The notes: generated by a model not told the origin, from the sequence alone. DNA of 64,000 nt from Octopus vulgaris (GCA_951406725.2 OX597818.1:42904001-42968000), one strand, 5' to 3'. Positions 37,809 to 51,384 are shown, counted from the first letter of the stretch. Made by a program: numbers and translations.

Positions 37809-39029
37809 CTCTAGACCACATGATACATTAATATATTTCTTTTTTTCTTAACTGGAAATTTCTGATAAGTAGTTTTCTGATAGAAAGCCTTAAGAACCTT
37901 AGGCTGTAATGCCAACTTAACAAACTTAAAGCAGCAGAAATCATTTATGGAATCCAGTGTTGGCTTCAGTGCTACCTTTGAAGTTATTTTTCTAACTGAA
38001 GCAGATTTATTTTTCCAAATATAGCAACAGTGACAACAATTGTTTGGGACTGAAATTCTTTATAATTCATGTCCTTTTTAATGTTACTGAAGACATTGGT
38101 TTTTCAAGAAAGTCTCTGCTTTTCTTTTTGAACTAATGATTAATAAAGAATTGCATATAATTCAAAAAATAGTCTTTAACAATTTTTCTTTGTAAAGAAA
38201 ATCTTAGATGCAAATTAGTATTTTCATTTATATATTTTATTTGTATTTTATCATGCAAGATTTGTCTATATTAACACTAAGATTAAAATAGGTGTAACAT
38301 GTCTATCTCTCTAAAATATTGTGACATCTCTCTATTTTTACTCTTTCCCTTCATCTTTAGAATGTTATTGGCAGAGTATACAGTAGAAGTTATTTGATAA
38401 TATATTGTCTTAATTAAAAGACCAAATTTAGTTTCTACCTTCTAAATTTGTATTTAAATTCAATTACTTGACCTATTTCTATATTGGAATATATATTTAT
38501 ATTTGGTTTTAGAATATAAAGATGTGTTGCCAAGGAAAAAATATTATCCACATGCACTAAAAAACCTGATATCTAAAAACTTAACAGTGGCTGTTGCCAA
38601 CTATATATTATGTTATTGATCAGTATGTGTTACAGTAAGATGGTGCTAAAAATATCAGTTCTTGTCTGATCAGTAAAGTTAAGCTAGTATTTGGTTGAAT
38701 AGCCATTTGGAAAACCAACTTTAATAATGATCTGTAAAAGTCAATGTCTTACAGATTTTGAGAGTTGTGTAATGATTTGGACATTGCTTTGTATCCTTGA
38801 GCTATTTTATTCTGGTTTGATCTTATAGTCAGTTATGCCATCATCATATGCACTGTTTAGTGAGGGATTCATTCATCAGCTGTTAAATGCTATGGGAATT
38901 TTGAATTAGGAACAAACCTGTGAATCAATGGAAATTTAATTTATATTTTATATCTATTGCAACAAATATGATTTACCAATAAAAATATTGATTTTTTTTA
39001 TATAGACAGAGGCCTCATATTTTGAGGGA

Positions 39030-39206
39030 AGAATATAGTTGAGTAGTGTCCTCATTATTTGATTAGTATTTATCTCATTGAATTTCTGGAAGGATGAACA
39101 GCAAAGTGAATCACAGCAGGATATGAACTTAAAATGCAAAGAGATGTTACTAAATATGCTGAAGCATTTAATCTGACATGCTACAGTGTCTGCCACTCAC
39201 CACCCT
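39030..39206 (-). mobile_element. Family C SINE, diverged
   Basis: gaaggatgaacagcaaagt..gaagcattt..tctgccactcaccaccc. Confidence 0.55.
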
Positions 39207-39726
39207 TTTCATGATAAAAGTATATATTTTACATGTGAAAAACCATCGAAATGGAAAATCTATTTTCTCTTTATTGATTTGTTTAATTATTGACATTAAT
39301 GTGTTGTTTTTTTTTATCTTGCTTTCTTCAAAATTAAATTGAAATAATATGAAGTAATTTGAATAATATAAAGAACTTAATTAGTAATGTCTGAATTTTT
39401 AAAGCCAAGAAGACATGAACCCATTGATTTTAAAGAAATAATTTTACCTTTTTATTGTTTAACATTAATTTTTCTTTGCTAAATGTTTTATTTTTTAATG
39501 GATATTTTCAGTGCATTGATTGCGCTATTAATTGTACTCTTTGGATGCTCTTTCTAATCACTAAACACTAACTTATGATGTAGGAGTGAAATCTACAGTT
39601 AATCATGAAGTTTCAGACTTGTAAGTTTTCCCAGAGGTACAACGCAATGGTGATAGTAAAGTATAAGCAATTCTTTATAATGCACTCCTAGTAGAAACAG
39701 TGTTTACCTATTTATTCCAGAACACA

Positions 39727-39904
39727 TAGGCGTAGGAGTGGCTGTGTGGTAAGTAGCTTGCTTACCAACCACATGGTTTCGGATTCAGTCCCACTGCATG
39801 GCACCTCAGGCAAGTGTCTTCTACTGTAGCCTCGGGCTGACCAAAGCCTTGTGAGTGGATTTGGTAGACGGAAACTGAAAGAAGCCCGTTGTATATATAT
39901 ATTA

Positions 39905-39971
<67 letters not shown>

Positions 39972-40123
39972 ATGTGTGTGTTTATATACTTGTGTGTCTG
40001 TGTTTGTACCCCCCCCCCCCAACATTGCTTGACAACCAATGCTGGTGTGTTTACGTCCTTAGCATAACTTTGCTCGACTAAAGGCGGTGCTCCAGCATGG
40101 CCACAGTCAAATGAATGAAACAA

Positions 40124-40130
<7 letters not shown>
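39727..40130 (+). mobile_element. Family A SINE with expanded internal microsatellite and (GA)n tail
   Basis: Family A head and tail; 3' internal deletion. Confidence 0.88.
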
Positions 40131-40154
<24 letters not shown>

Positions 40155-41365
40155 TAAAGAGTAACACATATTGTCAAAAGGGGTTGAGATAAGTTTTTAG
40201 AATTTCTTATTGCCTTTGCTAGCAAAAAAGTTTCATTTCTTCATATAAAAGGCAGAAATATTCAATGTGTATAAGAAATGTAATTCATGTTGCTGTGACA
40301 ACCTGATATTGGGAGTATAATATCTGTAGTGATTGGCAATTTATAAGTTGAGTATGATGTAATGACTGAACTGTGTTGTCTTAGTAAAACAGGTTGAGCA
40401 TCAGGAAATTTAAAGGCATTTCCTAAGGACATATGATTAAAAGGAATAGTGCATGCTGACAAACGAAATGCCTTGCATTGGTAGGAGGCAACACATGTAA
40501 TAGAGTTAAGCAAAGAAGATCTCAGATGTTGTTAAATCAAACTTGAAATGCTGGGATACACAGAGTGGAATATGTATATTCAAGGTACATAGGATTTGAC
40601 TGAATTTCAACATCTATTACATTCCAGAAAAATGAACAAAATGATGGCAATGATATGAAAGTTAATCTATTTAATCGTACCATCTTCATTTATGATATGC
40701 ACATTAAATACACTATCTGCAATATTTTACTATATAAGTTTGGAAAGATTAAATCTTCATGAAAATGCACTTTGCTTTTTCTCATTAAACATTTTTCTGA
40801 GTTCCTCCAAATGAGGATCTGTTCAAATGGCATGTCACATTTGGGTGGGATGGGATTTGGTACACTCTACATAATGCCAGCCTTTAAATTGATTGCAATT
40901 GTTTGGCACTGCAGAAATCCATTGACCTAGTTTGTTGTCTTCAAAAGTCAAAAGTATTTAGCTCCTTATAAGGAGCTTCTAATTAGCAATAATTCACATA
41001 AAAGAACATACATTTACTGCTCATATAATGAGACAGTCTTGTCATCAAACTTTTTCCACAAATCTAATGCTTGTTTATTTGTGACACGTAGCCTTTAGTA
41101 ATATGTTAAGTGTTGCTAGTTATATTAGGCTTTGGCAGACAGTTTTGCTGTCTTATAATAAGATAATTGGAAGAATTTGCTGCCACATAATTCTCTGTGT
41201 AAGTAATAAAGTTAAATGAAAAGAGCTTAATTTTTTTACTTTAAAAAGATTAATTGAAAAATTTAAAATGTTACAAGTTTTGCGCGACTCTGTCTTTGGA
41301 AAGTAAGTGGCTTGATATGTGACTGACTGTGTATGTGCAGTAAATTAATCAGTTTGCTTCCCATG

Positions 41366-41753
41366 AAGGAGGCGCAATGGGCCCAGTGGTTAGGGCAGCG
41401 GACTCGCGGTCGTAGGATCGCGGTTTCGATTCCCAGACTGGGCGTTGTGAGTGTTTATTGAGCGAAAACACCTAAAGCTCCACGAGGCTCTGGCAGGGAT
41501 GGTGGTGATCCCTGCTGTACTCTTTCGCCACAACTTTCTCTCACTCTTACTTCCTGTTTCTGTTGTACCTGTATTTCAAAGGGCCGGCCTTGTCACTCTC
41601 TGTGTCACGCTGAATATCCCCGAGAACTGCGTTAAGGGTACACGTGTCTGTGAAGTGCTCAGCCACTTACACGATAATTTCATGAGCAGGCTGTTCCATT
41701 GATCGGATCAACCGGAACCCTCATCGTCGTAACCAACGGAGTGCTTCCATCCA
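41366..41753 (+). mobile_element. Family E2 tRNA-derived SINE, young
   Basis: A and B boxes present; 12-bp TSD ttgcttcccatg at 41354-41365 and 41754-41765. Confidence 0.9.
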
Positions 41754-41810
41754 TTGCTTCCCATGGATATTTTGATATGATCTTGTGTTTTTCCACACAC
41801 ATAATTATAT

Positions 41811-42035
41811 TCTTTTATTCTTTTATTTGTTTCAGTCATTTGACTGCGGCCATGCTGGGGCAATGCCTTTAGTTGAACAAATTGACCCCAGGACTTATTC
41901 TTTATAAGCCTAGTACTTATTATGTCGGTCTCTTTTGCCGAACCGCTAAGTTATGGGGATGTAAACACACCAACATTGGTTGTCAAGTGATGGTGGGGAT
42001 ACAAACAGAGACACACACAAACATGCACAAATACA

Positions 42036-42070
<35 letters not shown>

Positions 42071-42250
42071 GTGTGTGTGTGTTTGCGTGTGTGTGTGACA
42101 GGTTTCTTTCAGTTTCCCTCTACCAAATCCACTCATAAGGCTTTGGTTGGCCCAAGTCTATAGCAGAAGACACTTGCCCAAGGTGCCATGTAGTGGGACT
42201 GAACCTGGAACCATGTGGTTGGGAAGTAAATACTTACCACACAGCCACTC
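41811..42250 (-). mobile_element. Family A SINE
   Basis: Full family A reverse-complement match. Confidence 0.88.
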
Positions 42251-42314
42251 ATATATATATATATTTATATTACATTTCTAAATATCTCAGAGAGATATAA
42301 GCAGTAGTGGTACG

Positions 42315-42543
42315 ATAGAGTAGTTGTATACTGTCAACTTAACGTGACATTCCCATGAAGGGAATCATATTACTGCTATTTAGCCCTAGGAAGCATCAAC
42401 GCTTCCTGTTGGCCTTGACACATTTCCTGTGTCCTTATGTTTACAAGGGGGAGACAAGCACCCCCACCCTAGGGCTAAATAGCAGTGGTGTGATCTCCTT
42501 CATGGGATTGTCACATTAAGTTGACAGTATACAACTACTCTAT
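42315..42543. repeat. Inverted repeat with ~76-bp arms and 77-bp spacer
   Basis: atagagtagttgtatactgtcaacttaa..gctatttagccctagg / cctagggctaaatagcagt..ttaagttgacagtatacaactactctat. Confidence 0.85.
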
Positions 42544-43800
42544 ATATATATATATATTGTTTTGAAATAATTGATGTTGCATCATTAGTTTTTTGTCAGA
42601 ATTATAAGTGGTCACCCTGTGAAACAACTTACTTCATTAAAGTCTTGGCATCTGTACTTTTATTTGTAGTGTCACATTACCTTTATAATTTGTGATAGTG
42701 TTACACTGGCTAGCTTAATGGTAAAAGCTGGCGTATTTCATTGTAAACTGTATATATAATGATGTTACACTTGAGAACTTTTTTGACATCAGAATGGCTA
42801 AAACAAATAATAGATAAGATGAAGAACTGTGGCAAAAGGAAGATGTAGGTTTAGATATTTTCAAATTTTCTCTTTTCCTAGTTGCAATAATCATTCCTCT
42901 GGCACTAAAAGATGTTGAAAAGAAATGTAGGGAATTAAGACTTGAAGTCAAATAAAATTAAATTCCTATGTATTATAAACTTAGTTGTTCTATATTATAA
43001 CTTTGTATGTAAAAGTATATTATATTTTGAGACATGGTAGATGCTGTGCTGTGGAAAACGCACTCTAATTTTGGAATTGTAATTATAGACAAAATCTTCT
43101 TATACTTACCAAAGACCCATCCACACAATTGGGCAGTGCCTGGTGGGTACAAGCTAAATGTTGTTATCAGACAACATTGATGGGTGGGCAAACCAGCAGA
43201 ATGCTCCTACCCATTGTTGAACAAAATCACCAGACAATGGATTTGCTGCTGGGTATAATTGTAATACACAGCAATATACTCTCCACATTAACAGTCATGT
43301 AATTATTTATTTAGTTACTGAGTAACTATAATTGCATTTATTTCAACAATATTAGTTACATCTCTTATAATTTATAAAATACTTGCAATACTAGATTTCA
43401 ATTAGCTCTTCAGTTTCAGTTAACCCTTAGTAACTATTTCTCAACTTGCATCATAGAAGATATTTGGTAATTTTCAAGGTATTTATTTTACAAAAAAGTG
43501 TGTCATCCATGCAACAAAATATGGTAGTTTAAGAATTATTACTGATGATTAATTGGTTGCTTCTGCTGTGGTTTTGCTTGGAAAGAACTATATACTACAG
43601 AAATTCGGAAAATGTTTTTTATTTGAAATATAAAGCATTGAGATACATGAAAGAAAACTTAAATTAATAAATCTTATATATTTTAAAATTATATCAAATG
43701 GAAATTATCTAACTTCAGTTCAATAGATATTCTTTTGTTGTCAATATCATCATTAAGGTTATGTTGATGCTTCTTTTTTGGATATGCAATATGATATATT

Positions 43801-44007
43801 CTTTTCTACTCAAGGCAGAAGGTCCGAAATTTTGGGGGAGGGGGCTTGTCGATTAGATTGACCCCAGTATGCAACTGGTACTTAATTTATTGACCCCGAA
43901 AGGATGAAAGACAAAGTCGACCTCGGTAGAATTTGAACTTAAAGACAGACGAAATACTGCTAAGCATTTCGCCCGGCGTGATAACGTTTCTGCCAGCTCA
44001 CCACCTT
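43801..44007 (-). mobile_element. Family C SINE, young
   Basis: TSD tgcaatatgatatatt / tgcagtatgatatatt; gaccccgaaaggatgaaagacaaagtcgacctcgg core. Confidence 0.88.
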
Positions 44008-44039
44008 TGCAGTATGATATATTGTCACTCTGATCAATC

Positions 44040-44430
44040 CTGTGACATAATCCTGAGAGTTGACCTCACCATTTTTTTCCCCTCGTGTCTTTGGTCATTT
44101 TCTACTGTTAGCACACAGCATCTTTCAAACTTAACACACACTGTTCAGTAGCATTACTCATCCATTCAGCTACAATTGTCTCTCTAATATACATTAACTG
44201 ATGCTTTTATGTCCAGTTACTCTCTCAGTTAATTTTTCATTTAACCGTTCATGCACATTAATCTTACTCAATCAAATAACCATATCTCTCTCCAGTCCCC
44301 ATAAAGATCTTTCCTAGTCAATACCCATTCTTTATGCATAGTCTGCTCTGCTTTGCAACACAAGACAGAAGTATCTTTTGTTGCCAACAAAGGTAACAAC
44401 TCTATGAATTCTTTCAATCCCTTTTCGTTT
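44040..44430 (-). mobile_element. Degenerate RTE LINE relic
   Basis: EFIELLPLLATKD and NVHER..LRE*LDIK match the KFRKLLPLLATKG and NVSVH..REKLDIR peptides of the RTE at 62657-63310. Confidence 0.6.
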
Positions 44431-44721
44431 TCTCTTTTTTTTTTTATCACTAATTAGGTCACCTAGGTAACAGAAATTATATTTTAATGAGTCATATGAA
44501 CAGTTCATGGTCTTTGTGACTCTACTGCTAACTACTCTTGTGCATCTGGCTCATATATAAATCCTAGTTCACTGTCCATCTGCCAGAGCTCTTATAGCAT
44601 CTTTTGTGTAATTTTTGCTTGCATCAAGTACACAGTATTTATTTTTACCCACTTCCTACTGCATTTCAAGATCACTTTTCATATGTTACTCTGTGTTCTC
44701 TATTACTAAATATAACTTCTG

Positions 44722-44899
44722 TATTTGCTATGCTTTTCGAGTCTATACTATTTTGTTAAGCTTTGGAAATTCTCCTGCAACTGTTCAACTGATTCTACAT
44801 TGACAAGTACTTACTTGTCAATGTAGAATCAGTTGAACAGTTGCAGGAGAATTTCCAAAGCTTAACAAAATAGTATAGACTCGAAAAGCATAGCAAATA
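44722..44899. repeat. Perfect palindrome with 88-bp arms and 2-nt spacer
   Basis: 44722-44809 is the exact reverse complement of 44812-44899. Confidence 0.95.
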
Positions 44900-45089
44900 T
44901 CAGCGTATGAAAATATTATTACTTCAGGAACTCTAATAAACTGAAGGGGAATGAAGGCAAAGACCTTTCCTACTATATCTTTGTATATGGGTTGATTGTC
45001 CTTTAACCAATCATGCACCTCTAGTTTTCTCAGTGTCAATGAGATAAGTGAGCATGAAGTCTTGTGAAAGATCTTCTTGGTGGATGGAT

Positions 45090-45480
45090 GCATCATCATC
45101 ACCTTTATCAGTGCTCCCACTTTCCCATGTTTGCATAGGTCAGATGGAATTTGTTGAAGTAGATTTTCTATGGCCAGATGCACTTCCTGTTTCTAAGCAA
45201 AGTTATATTTCATTGTGGCCTGACACACTTTTATGATGGACTTCACTTTTATGATGGTAATGCTTGTTTATAACTATACCATGATGTCAAAACAAAGAAA
45301 CACATACCTTCCCATCCACACACTCACATATGATGGATTTCTTTTAGTTTTTGTCTACCAAATCCACTCACAAGGCCTTGGTTGACTCAGGACTATTGTT
45401 CAAAGCATTTGCTCAAAGTGTCATGCCGTGGAACTGTACCTGACACCACATGGTTGGGAAGTATGCTTCTTAGTAACACA
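45090..45480 (-). mobile_element. Family D SINE, diverged
   Basis: cacttttcccatgtttgcatagg tail; tctaccaaatccactcacaaggc body. Confidence 0.7.
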
Positions 45481-45559
45481 AGCAAAGCAAAGACAAGAAT
45501 TTCTCTCATGACTGTGATTATATTTATTTACACAAACTTGAGCTATCCTTATTCTGAAC

Positions 45560-46240
45560 AACTTTTAAGGGTACTCACACCTATGTTCAAATCTTGATAC
45601 ACCAGTTTGAGGTTTCAGTACTTTTCCCTCTCAAGTGCATCTTTTTCACTTTTATAATTGTAGATGATGATACTACTCAGCTAGTAATTAGGGATGGCAT
45701 CTTACTTCAGTGTATGATTAACTGTCTGTAACTGTCTAAGTTTCATAGTATCAACATAGCCTGATGCTTTTAGCATCTCACCAACATCTCTGATGGGCCT
45801 AACTTTATCTTTGTAATTGCTTCACTATGAGTGAGCTAGCTTCTAAGGATAGACCTTACGTTAGTTCTATTGGGGATAGTGTTTTCTTTTTGCTGTTATC
45901 CCATTCATATTTTTAATTTAACTAAATCCCAAAGTAACATTCCTTTGCTTCTCCTTTCTTATCACTGTGTTATGAGAATGTACAGAATAGTCTTGTTTAG
46001 ACACACTCTTCTCCATTCATACAAACACACTGTCTTGTAATTTGAAATACTTCATGTTTTTTCATCCTCATGGTACAGTATGTAAACAAACCACTTACTC
46101 ATAGTTTATTTCTTGGCTAAATAAATCTAATTTTCTCGTCTACCTTTCTGTTAGTATTTCTAATTTTTTGCATTTACCTTTCTTATAATATTTCTGATTT
46201 TTGTTGCCAACTATTGGTCACTAAGCACTAATCTGCCTTT
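45560..46240 (-). mobile_element. Highly degenerate RTE RT-region relic
   Basis: Minus frames SEAITKIK..GPSEML(V/E)MLKASG resemble the RTE AI..K.GKA.GPS...EMLKASG motif; boundaries uncertain. Confidence 0.4.
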
Positions 46241-46326
46241 TTTTTTTCTTTTTTGGAGTGATGGTGGTTGGTGGTGGAATATTCCTTACTACTACTAATA
46301 ATAATGATAATAATAATAATAATAAT

Positions 46327-46686
46327 AACGAGAACTCAGAGAGTGCAAACCTCTGTCAAGGCAACACCAACGTCCTCTCAATGATTAACCAGAGATGATT
46401 TTTAAGATAAGAATATCTGAAATAAACTCGACTGCTCTCACAAAGAGAATACTAAAAATGAACCTGACCGCTCTCAAAAATTAAGTAAAAAAACAGGAAA
46501 TATAAATCCAGAATCCTTGTCTGGTACTGGATTGATCCCAAAATCTAATCAGTCACGAGGCCAAACATCCTTGAATTCATCTAGTGTTTCTTGTGGTATC
46601 TTGTCCATGTACCAACCAACCAACCAACCAACAAACAAACAAATATGACTGAAAACAATACCTCCACCTTCGATAAGGCAAGGTAA
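46327..46686 (-). mobile_element. Helentron-associated non-autonomous element (HINE/DINE-1-like)
   Basis: Terminal hairpin tacctccacctt-cgat-aaggcaaggta, subterminal copy acctctgtcaagg near the other end beside a short hairpin, internal (CCAA/CAAA)n, inserted in (AAT)n. Confidence 0.65.
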
Positions 46687-46699
46687 TACTAATAATATA

Positions 46700-47250
46700 T
46701 GCCTTGATGCAGTACCAGGCAGTGACTGATTGGAAGTGTTATCATGTACATTGTTTTGTTTTGGTATGAAAGATGGGCTACAGTAAATATTCTGCTCAAT
46801 ACCATAGATTTGCTTGTCAGTTGTTTGACCTTAACCAGTTGAGCATGTCCCTTAGTGGCTGACAATATGTGCATCTCTGATCATGAGCAGAAGTAGTGGC
46901 GGAGCATCATAGCCATGCGTTGAGAGGAATTCTTTGGGGCTTGAATAATTTACCTCTGGAAACTTGGGTGTTTTGTTCATCATCCTTAAAGAAACATTAT
47001 TCAGGGATCTTTTGAGTGGGATACTTGACCTGAAAAAAATTCTAACAGGGCCTCACCTGCAGGGTCATGTGCTGTTTATCTAGATATGAGATCAGCATGT
47101 CACACATATATGGTTGTGATGCATGTGCCTGGTGTACCCTCGTTAGACGGGTAGTCATGATGGGTATATTGGGCTTTGTATATTTTACCCCAGTGTTACT
47201 TTGATGGCATGCACTGCTCTCTCACATAATAATAATAATAATAACAACAA
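46700..47250 (+). mobile_element. Unassigned interspersed repeat with (AAT)n tail
   Basis: GC-richer ~520-bp block ending gcatgcactgctctctcac(ata)n; family not identified. Confidence 0.4.
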
Positions 47251-47487
47251 TGATTTCAAATTTTGCCACAAGGGCAGCAATTTTGGGGAAGGAGGTGAGT
47301 CGATTACTTCGACTAACATGATAACATGATAGACACTGAAAATAGAGTTGGCTACTTTTTCTTGTTGATGTATTTGTTAGATGATACTGTGAAATGCACT
47401 AACCCATGCCATTTTGGAAAAATAGGCATGGAATGATGATTATGATGGTGATGTACTTGAATACTCAGAGTATAATGTTTACATGTA

Positions 47488-48284
47488 CGTGGTTTGATCA
47501 ATAAGTATCCGGACTGTTACCATAGTAACAAAGTTAAAGCATGCAGAGTGAAGCCACTTGACACAAATTAATCTTGAACTCTGCTGTGTATGCATACCAA
47601 GATTTAACATTCTAGCTCACTTCTGTTGTTTACAGCAGTGCTTGAGAGGAAGGTGTGTAGCATGTGATCGTTGCATTGACCATGACAAGGAAAGTTGGGC
47701 AAAGAATCTGCATCAAATTTTGGCAAAAGCATGGCGATACCTGCTCAAAGGCCTACACAAAGTTTTCATCATTCTTTACACAATCAAGGAGATCTTGTGC
47801 AACTGAAACCCAAGTGTCTTTTTGATTAGCTGAAAGCAGTTTTGACAGAAACTTGGCAGACATGCATCTCATACTCAAATCTTCAGTGATAATGGACTGA
47901 ACTGAACTGTAACTAATCTGCACATTCTCTGATAACTTTGATAAAATGTTTTTCTCAGTTCTGCTGGTTGCAGGTCTCCCAGAACATTCATCAATATCGA
48001 CATTTTTTTGGCTGTCTAAACTACTTGTACATTTGTGTGCGGCTTATACACTCCTCTCCATACACTTTCTGCAACCTTGCGTAGGCCTCTGAACAGGTAT
48101 TGCCATGACAACGCGATGATCACACGTTGCGCACCTTCCTTCTAAGCACTGCTGTAAACAGCAGAAGTGAGTTAGAACGTTAAAACACAGCAGAGTTCAA
48201 GGTCGATCTTTGTCAAGTGATGATTCAGCATACTTTAGCTTTCTTACTATGCCAACAGTCCGGATACTTATTGATCAGACCTCG
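47488..48284. mobile_element. Mariner-derived element with two inverted 5' ends
   Basis: TA TSD; TIR cgtggtttgatcaataagtatccggactgtt / aacagtccggatacttattgatcagacctcg; + frame MTRKVGQRICIKFW; minus frames KNVDIDECSGRPATSRTEKNI and ISYSSVQSIITEDLSMRCMSAKFLSKLL. Confidence 0.85.
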
Positions 48285-48857
48285 TATATCTGCAAACTAT
48301 TCCTCATGCAGGTGTACCTCTTCTTAGTCGGTAATTGGTTCCAAAACATGTGACTCAACAAAGAAAAAAAAAAGCAACGTAACACAAAAATACATTTAAA
48401 AAATTTATTAGCTTATATCTGTTTGTACATATTTTAACAAGCATTTTGATTTTCTCACATCAGTATTGGTTTTTAGGTGTGTTTTTAAAAATTTTAATGC
48501 TTTTAAACATGTTCACTGAGACTAATGTAATGTTGGATAAATGGACTGAAATTGAAGCTTATTTTACCCCCTTGAATTTCTTTTAAAAATTATGCAAAGT
48601 CCAAAAAGACATAACTCAAAATGACTCAAGTTGAGATATGTTTGTATTTTAATTAAGCGGAAGTATTATTTCCCTATAAAGGAAAACAATATCCTTCAAA
48701 CTCTATTTGTTACCAACTCAGAAAAAAAAAAAATAATACAGGTGGGGCTTACATAACTTAAATCTAGACACTTTGTCGTGATAAAATTTCAAGTAGGATA
48801 TGTATCATAAAATTTCATATAGGACATGTGATGAAATTATTTCATCCATACAAGTGT

Positions 48858-49285
48858 GGGATCTTTTTGGTTTGACCGGCAGTTTTTTCTAGCAGTGTCA
48901 TATGAAATTGTCACCCATAATTATGACCCTAGTATCGATCTATTGCATTTCAATCTGTTTTAGGGTTAGGGTTAGTTAGGGTTAGGGGTGGGGGGAAGGG
49001 TATCTTTTTTTCTTCAGAAATGTAAATAAACCCAATCTGTTTCTCAAAAGAGGGACATATTCATACGGCACAGAATGTTTTTACCTCAATAGACGTCATT
49101 GATTGGTTGAAATTGCAGGATTGAGGAAAAATAACAACAAATATCTTACAAACTATAGAATTTTCTCAATAAAGTCAAGAGAAAAAAATGTTTTATAAAC
49201 ACATTCTACCAGTATACGAAGTATAAAAGTGTTTAGTTACGTGGAAATTATTTTTAAAAACTGCTGTTCAAACCGAAAAGATCTC
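48858..49285. mobile_element. TIR MITE carrying internal (TTAGGG)n
   Basis: ~30-bp TIRs gggatctttttggtttgaccggcagttttt / aaaaactgctgttcaaaccgaaaagatctc; flanks aagtgt / aagtgc. Confidence 0.75.
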
Positions 49286-50097
49286 AAGTGCGTTTTTGTG
49301 TGTGTGTCATGTAACGGAATTATTTCTTCCACATAAGTGTATTTCCGTGTGTGGGTGGGTGTCTGTAAACAAATTGCCTTGCTGTCTATGTGTGACCTGA
49401 TAATTATCATTTGGCTTATTCTCTTAATCAAGAAATTTCTGTAGATCTTTATAAGAAATTATTTATTGTTATTATTCGTTTTGGAAAGAAGTACATGTTC
49501 AACTTTTGGTTGAATTGATATGAAAGGTATTTCTGGAGGGTTTTTATTGTTATATTCATGCCAATTCACTGTCATTTATAAATATAGTCTCAAGACTCAA
49601 GTTAACAATATTATTATTATTATTATTATTATTATTAAACTGTTTTTTTTTTCTAATACAACACCAAATAACTGTGTGAATATGATTGTGCCAAGTTGAA
49701 AAATCACTATAAGCTGTTTGAAAAGCTCACTTCTTTGTGTACTTGCCTTTGTATATTTGTAGGTGTGCTTTGATATATTGTGTGTGTATATGTGTATTTA
49801 TTTACATATGCTTTTTCTAACTTATATACACATTATGACCTGAACTAAAATATATTAGTCAGGACTATTATGTTGCCTACTGTAAGCATTCATAAAATAT
49901 GATTTACATTTCAATGTTGAGCTATATTTATATCGAAAGAAACTATATTGTGTACTGTTAGGTATATAGTTATAAAATGTCAAATTTAGAAAATAAAACA
50001 TGAATCATAAGAACTTTTATTTGAAATGTTCTTTATAAAAGCACCAACAGAAATTACACATTTTTCCTCTCAAAGCCATGTTTACGAATGTCTTGTC

Positions 50098-50099
<2 letters not shown>

Positions 50100-50140
<41 letters not shown>

Positions 50141-50163
50141 GTTATTGTTATTGTCATTATTAT
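50100..50163. repeat. (TTA)n microsatellite
   Basis: Directly visible. Confidence 0.9.
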
Positions 50164-50520
50164 TAAGTGCTGTAAGCTTCAGAATTCACGAATCTAGACT
50201 GTCTCAGTTCATTTCTTTAAGGGACATTTTTCATTAAAAACTGTCCAAAATTTTTTATAAAAAATGAGATAGCCATCTTTCCAGCAAATGTTCTGTAATT
50301 ATGGTTAGGTAGATGTGTTTTTTATTATCAAATTCAGTTTATAGATAACAATAAATGAATGCTGAAAGACAAGCTAAGAGCAGACAGAAGAGATCTTAAA
50401 AGGAGAACATTTGGAGTATTGGGTTTTACAGATAAAAATGACACTGAATCAAGGCATAAAACAGGTTTTGAGTTGCAAATCAATTCTACTCATACCTAGC
50501 ATGGAGAAATAAATACAGTT

Positions 50521-51268
<748 letters not shown>

Positions 51269-51384
51269 TGATGATGGATTTGATTAATTGATATAAATTC
51301 TGATAATCACCATGTATGCTATTCAATTGTAAAAATCTAAAATATTTTTACAGCTGAATAGCACACATGTTGAATATAATGTAA

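Noticed and set aside
38085-38120. ctgaaga..gaaagtc as a hammerhead
   Set aside because: No stem I complementarity and a weak stem II
41366-41445. tRNA-like sequence (also 9633 and 11055-11130)
   Set aside because: Head of a SINE with body, tail and TSD; not a stand-alone tRNA gene
48960-48990. TTAGGG repeats as a chromosome end or fusion site
   Set aside because: Only about 4 units, internal to a TIR element
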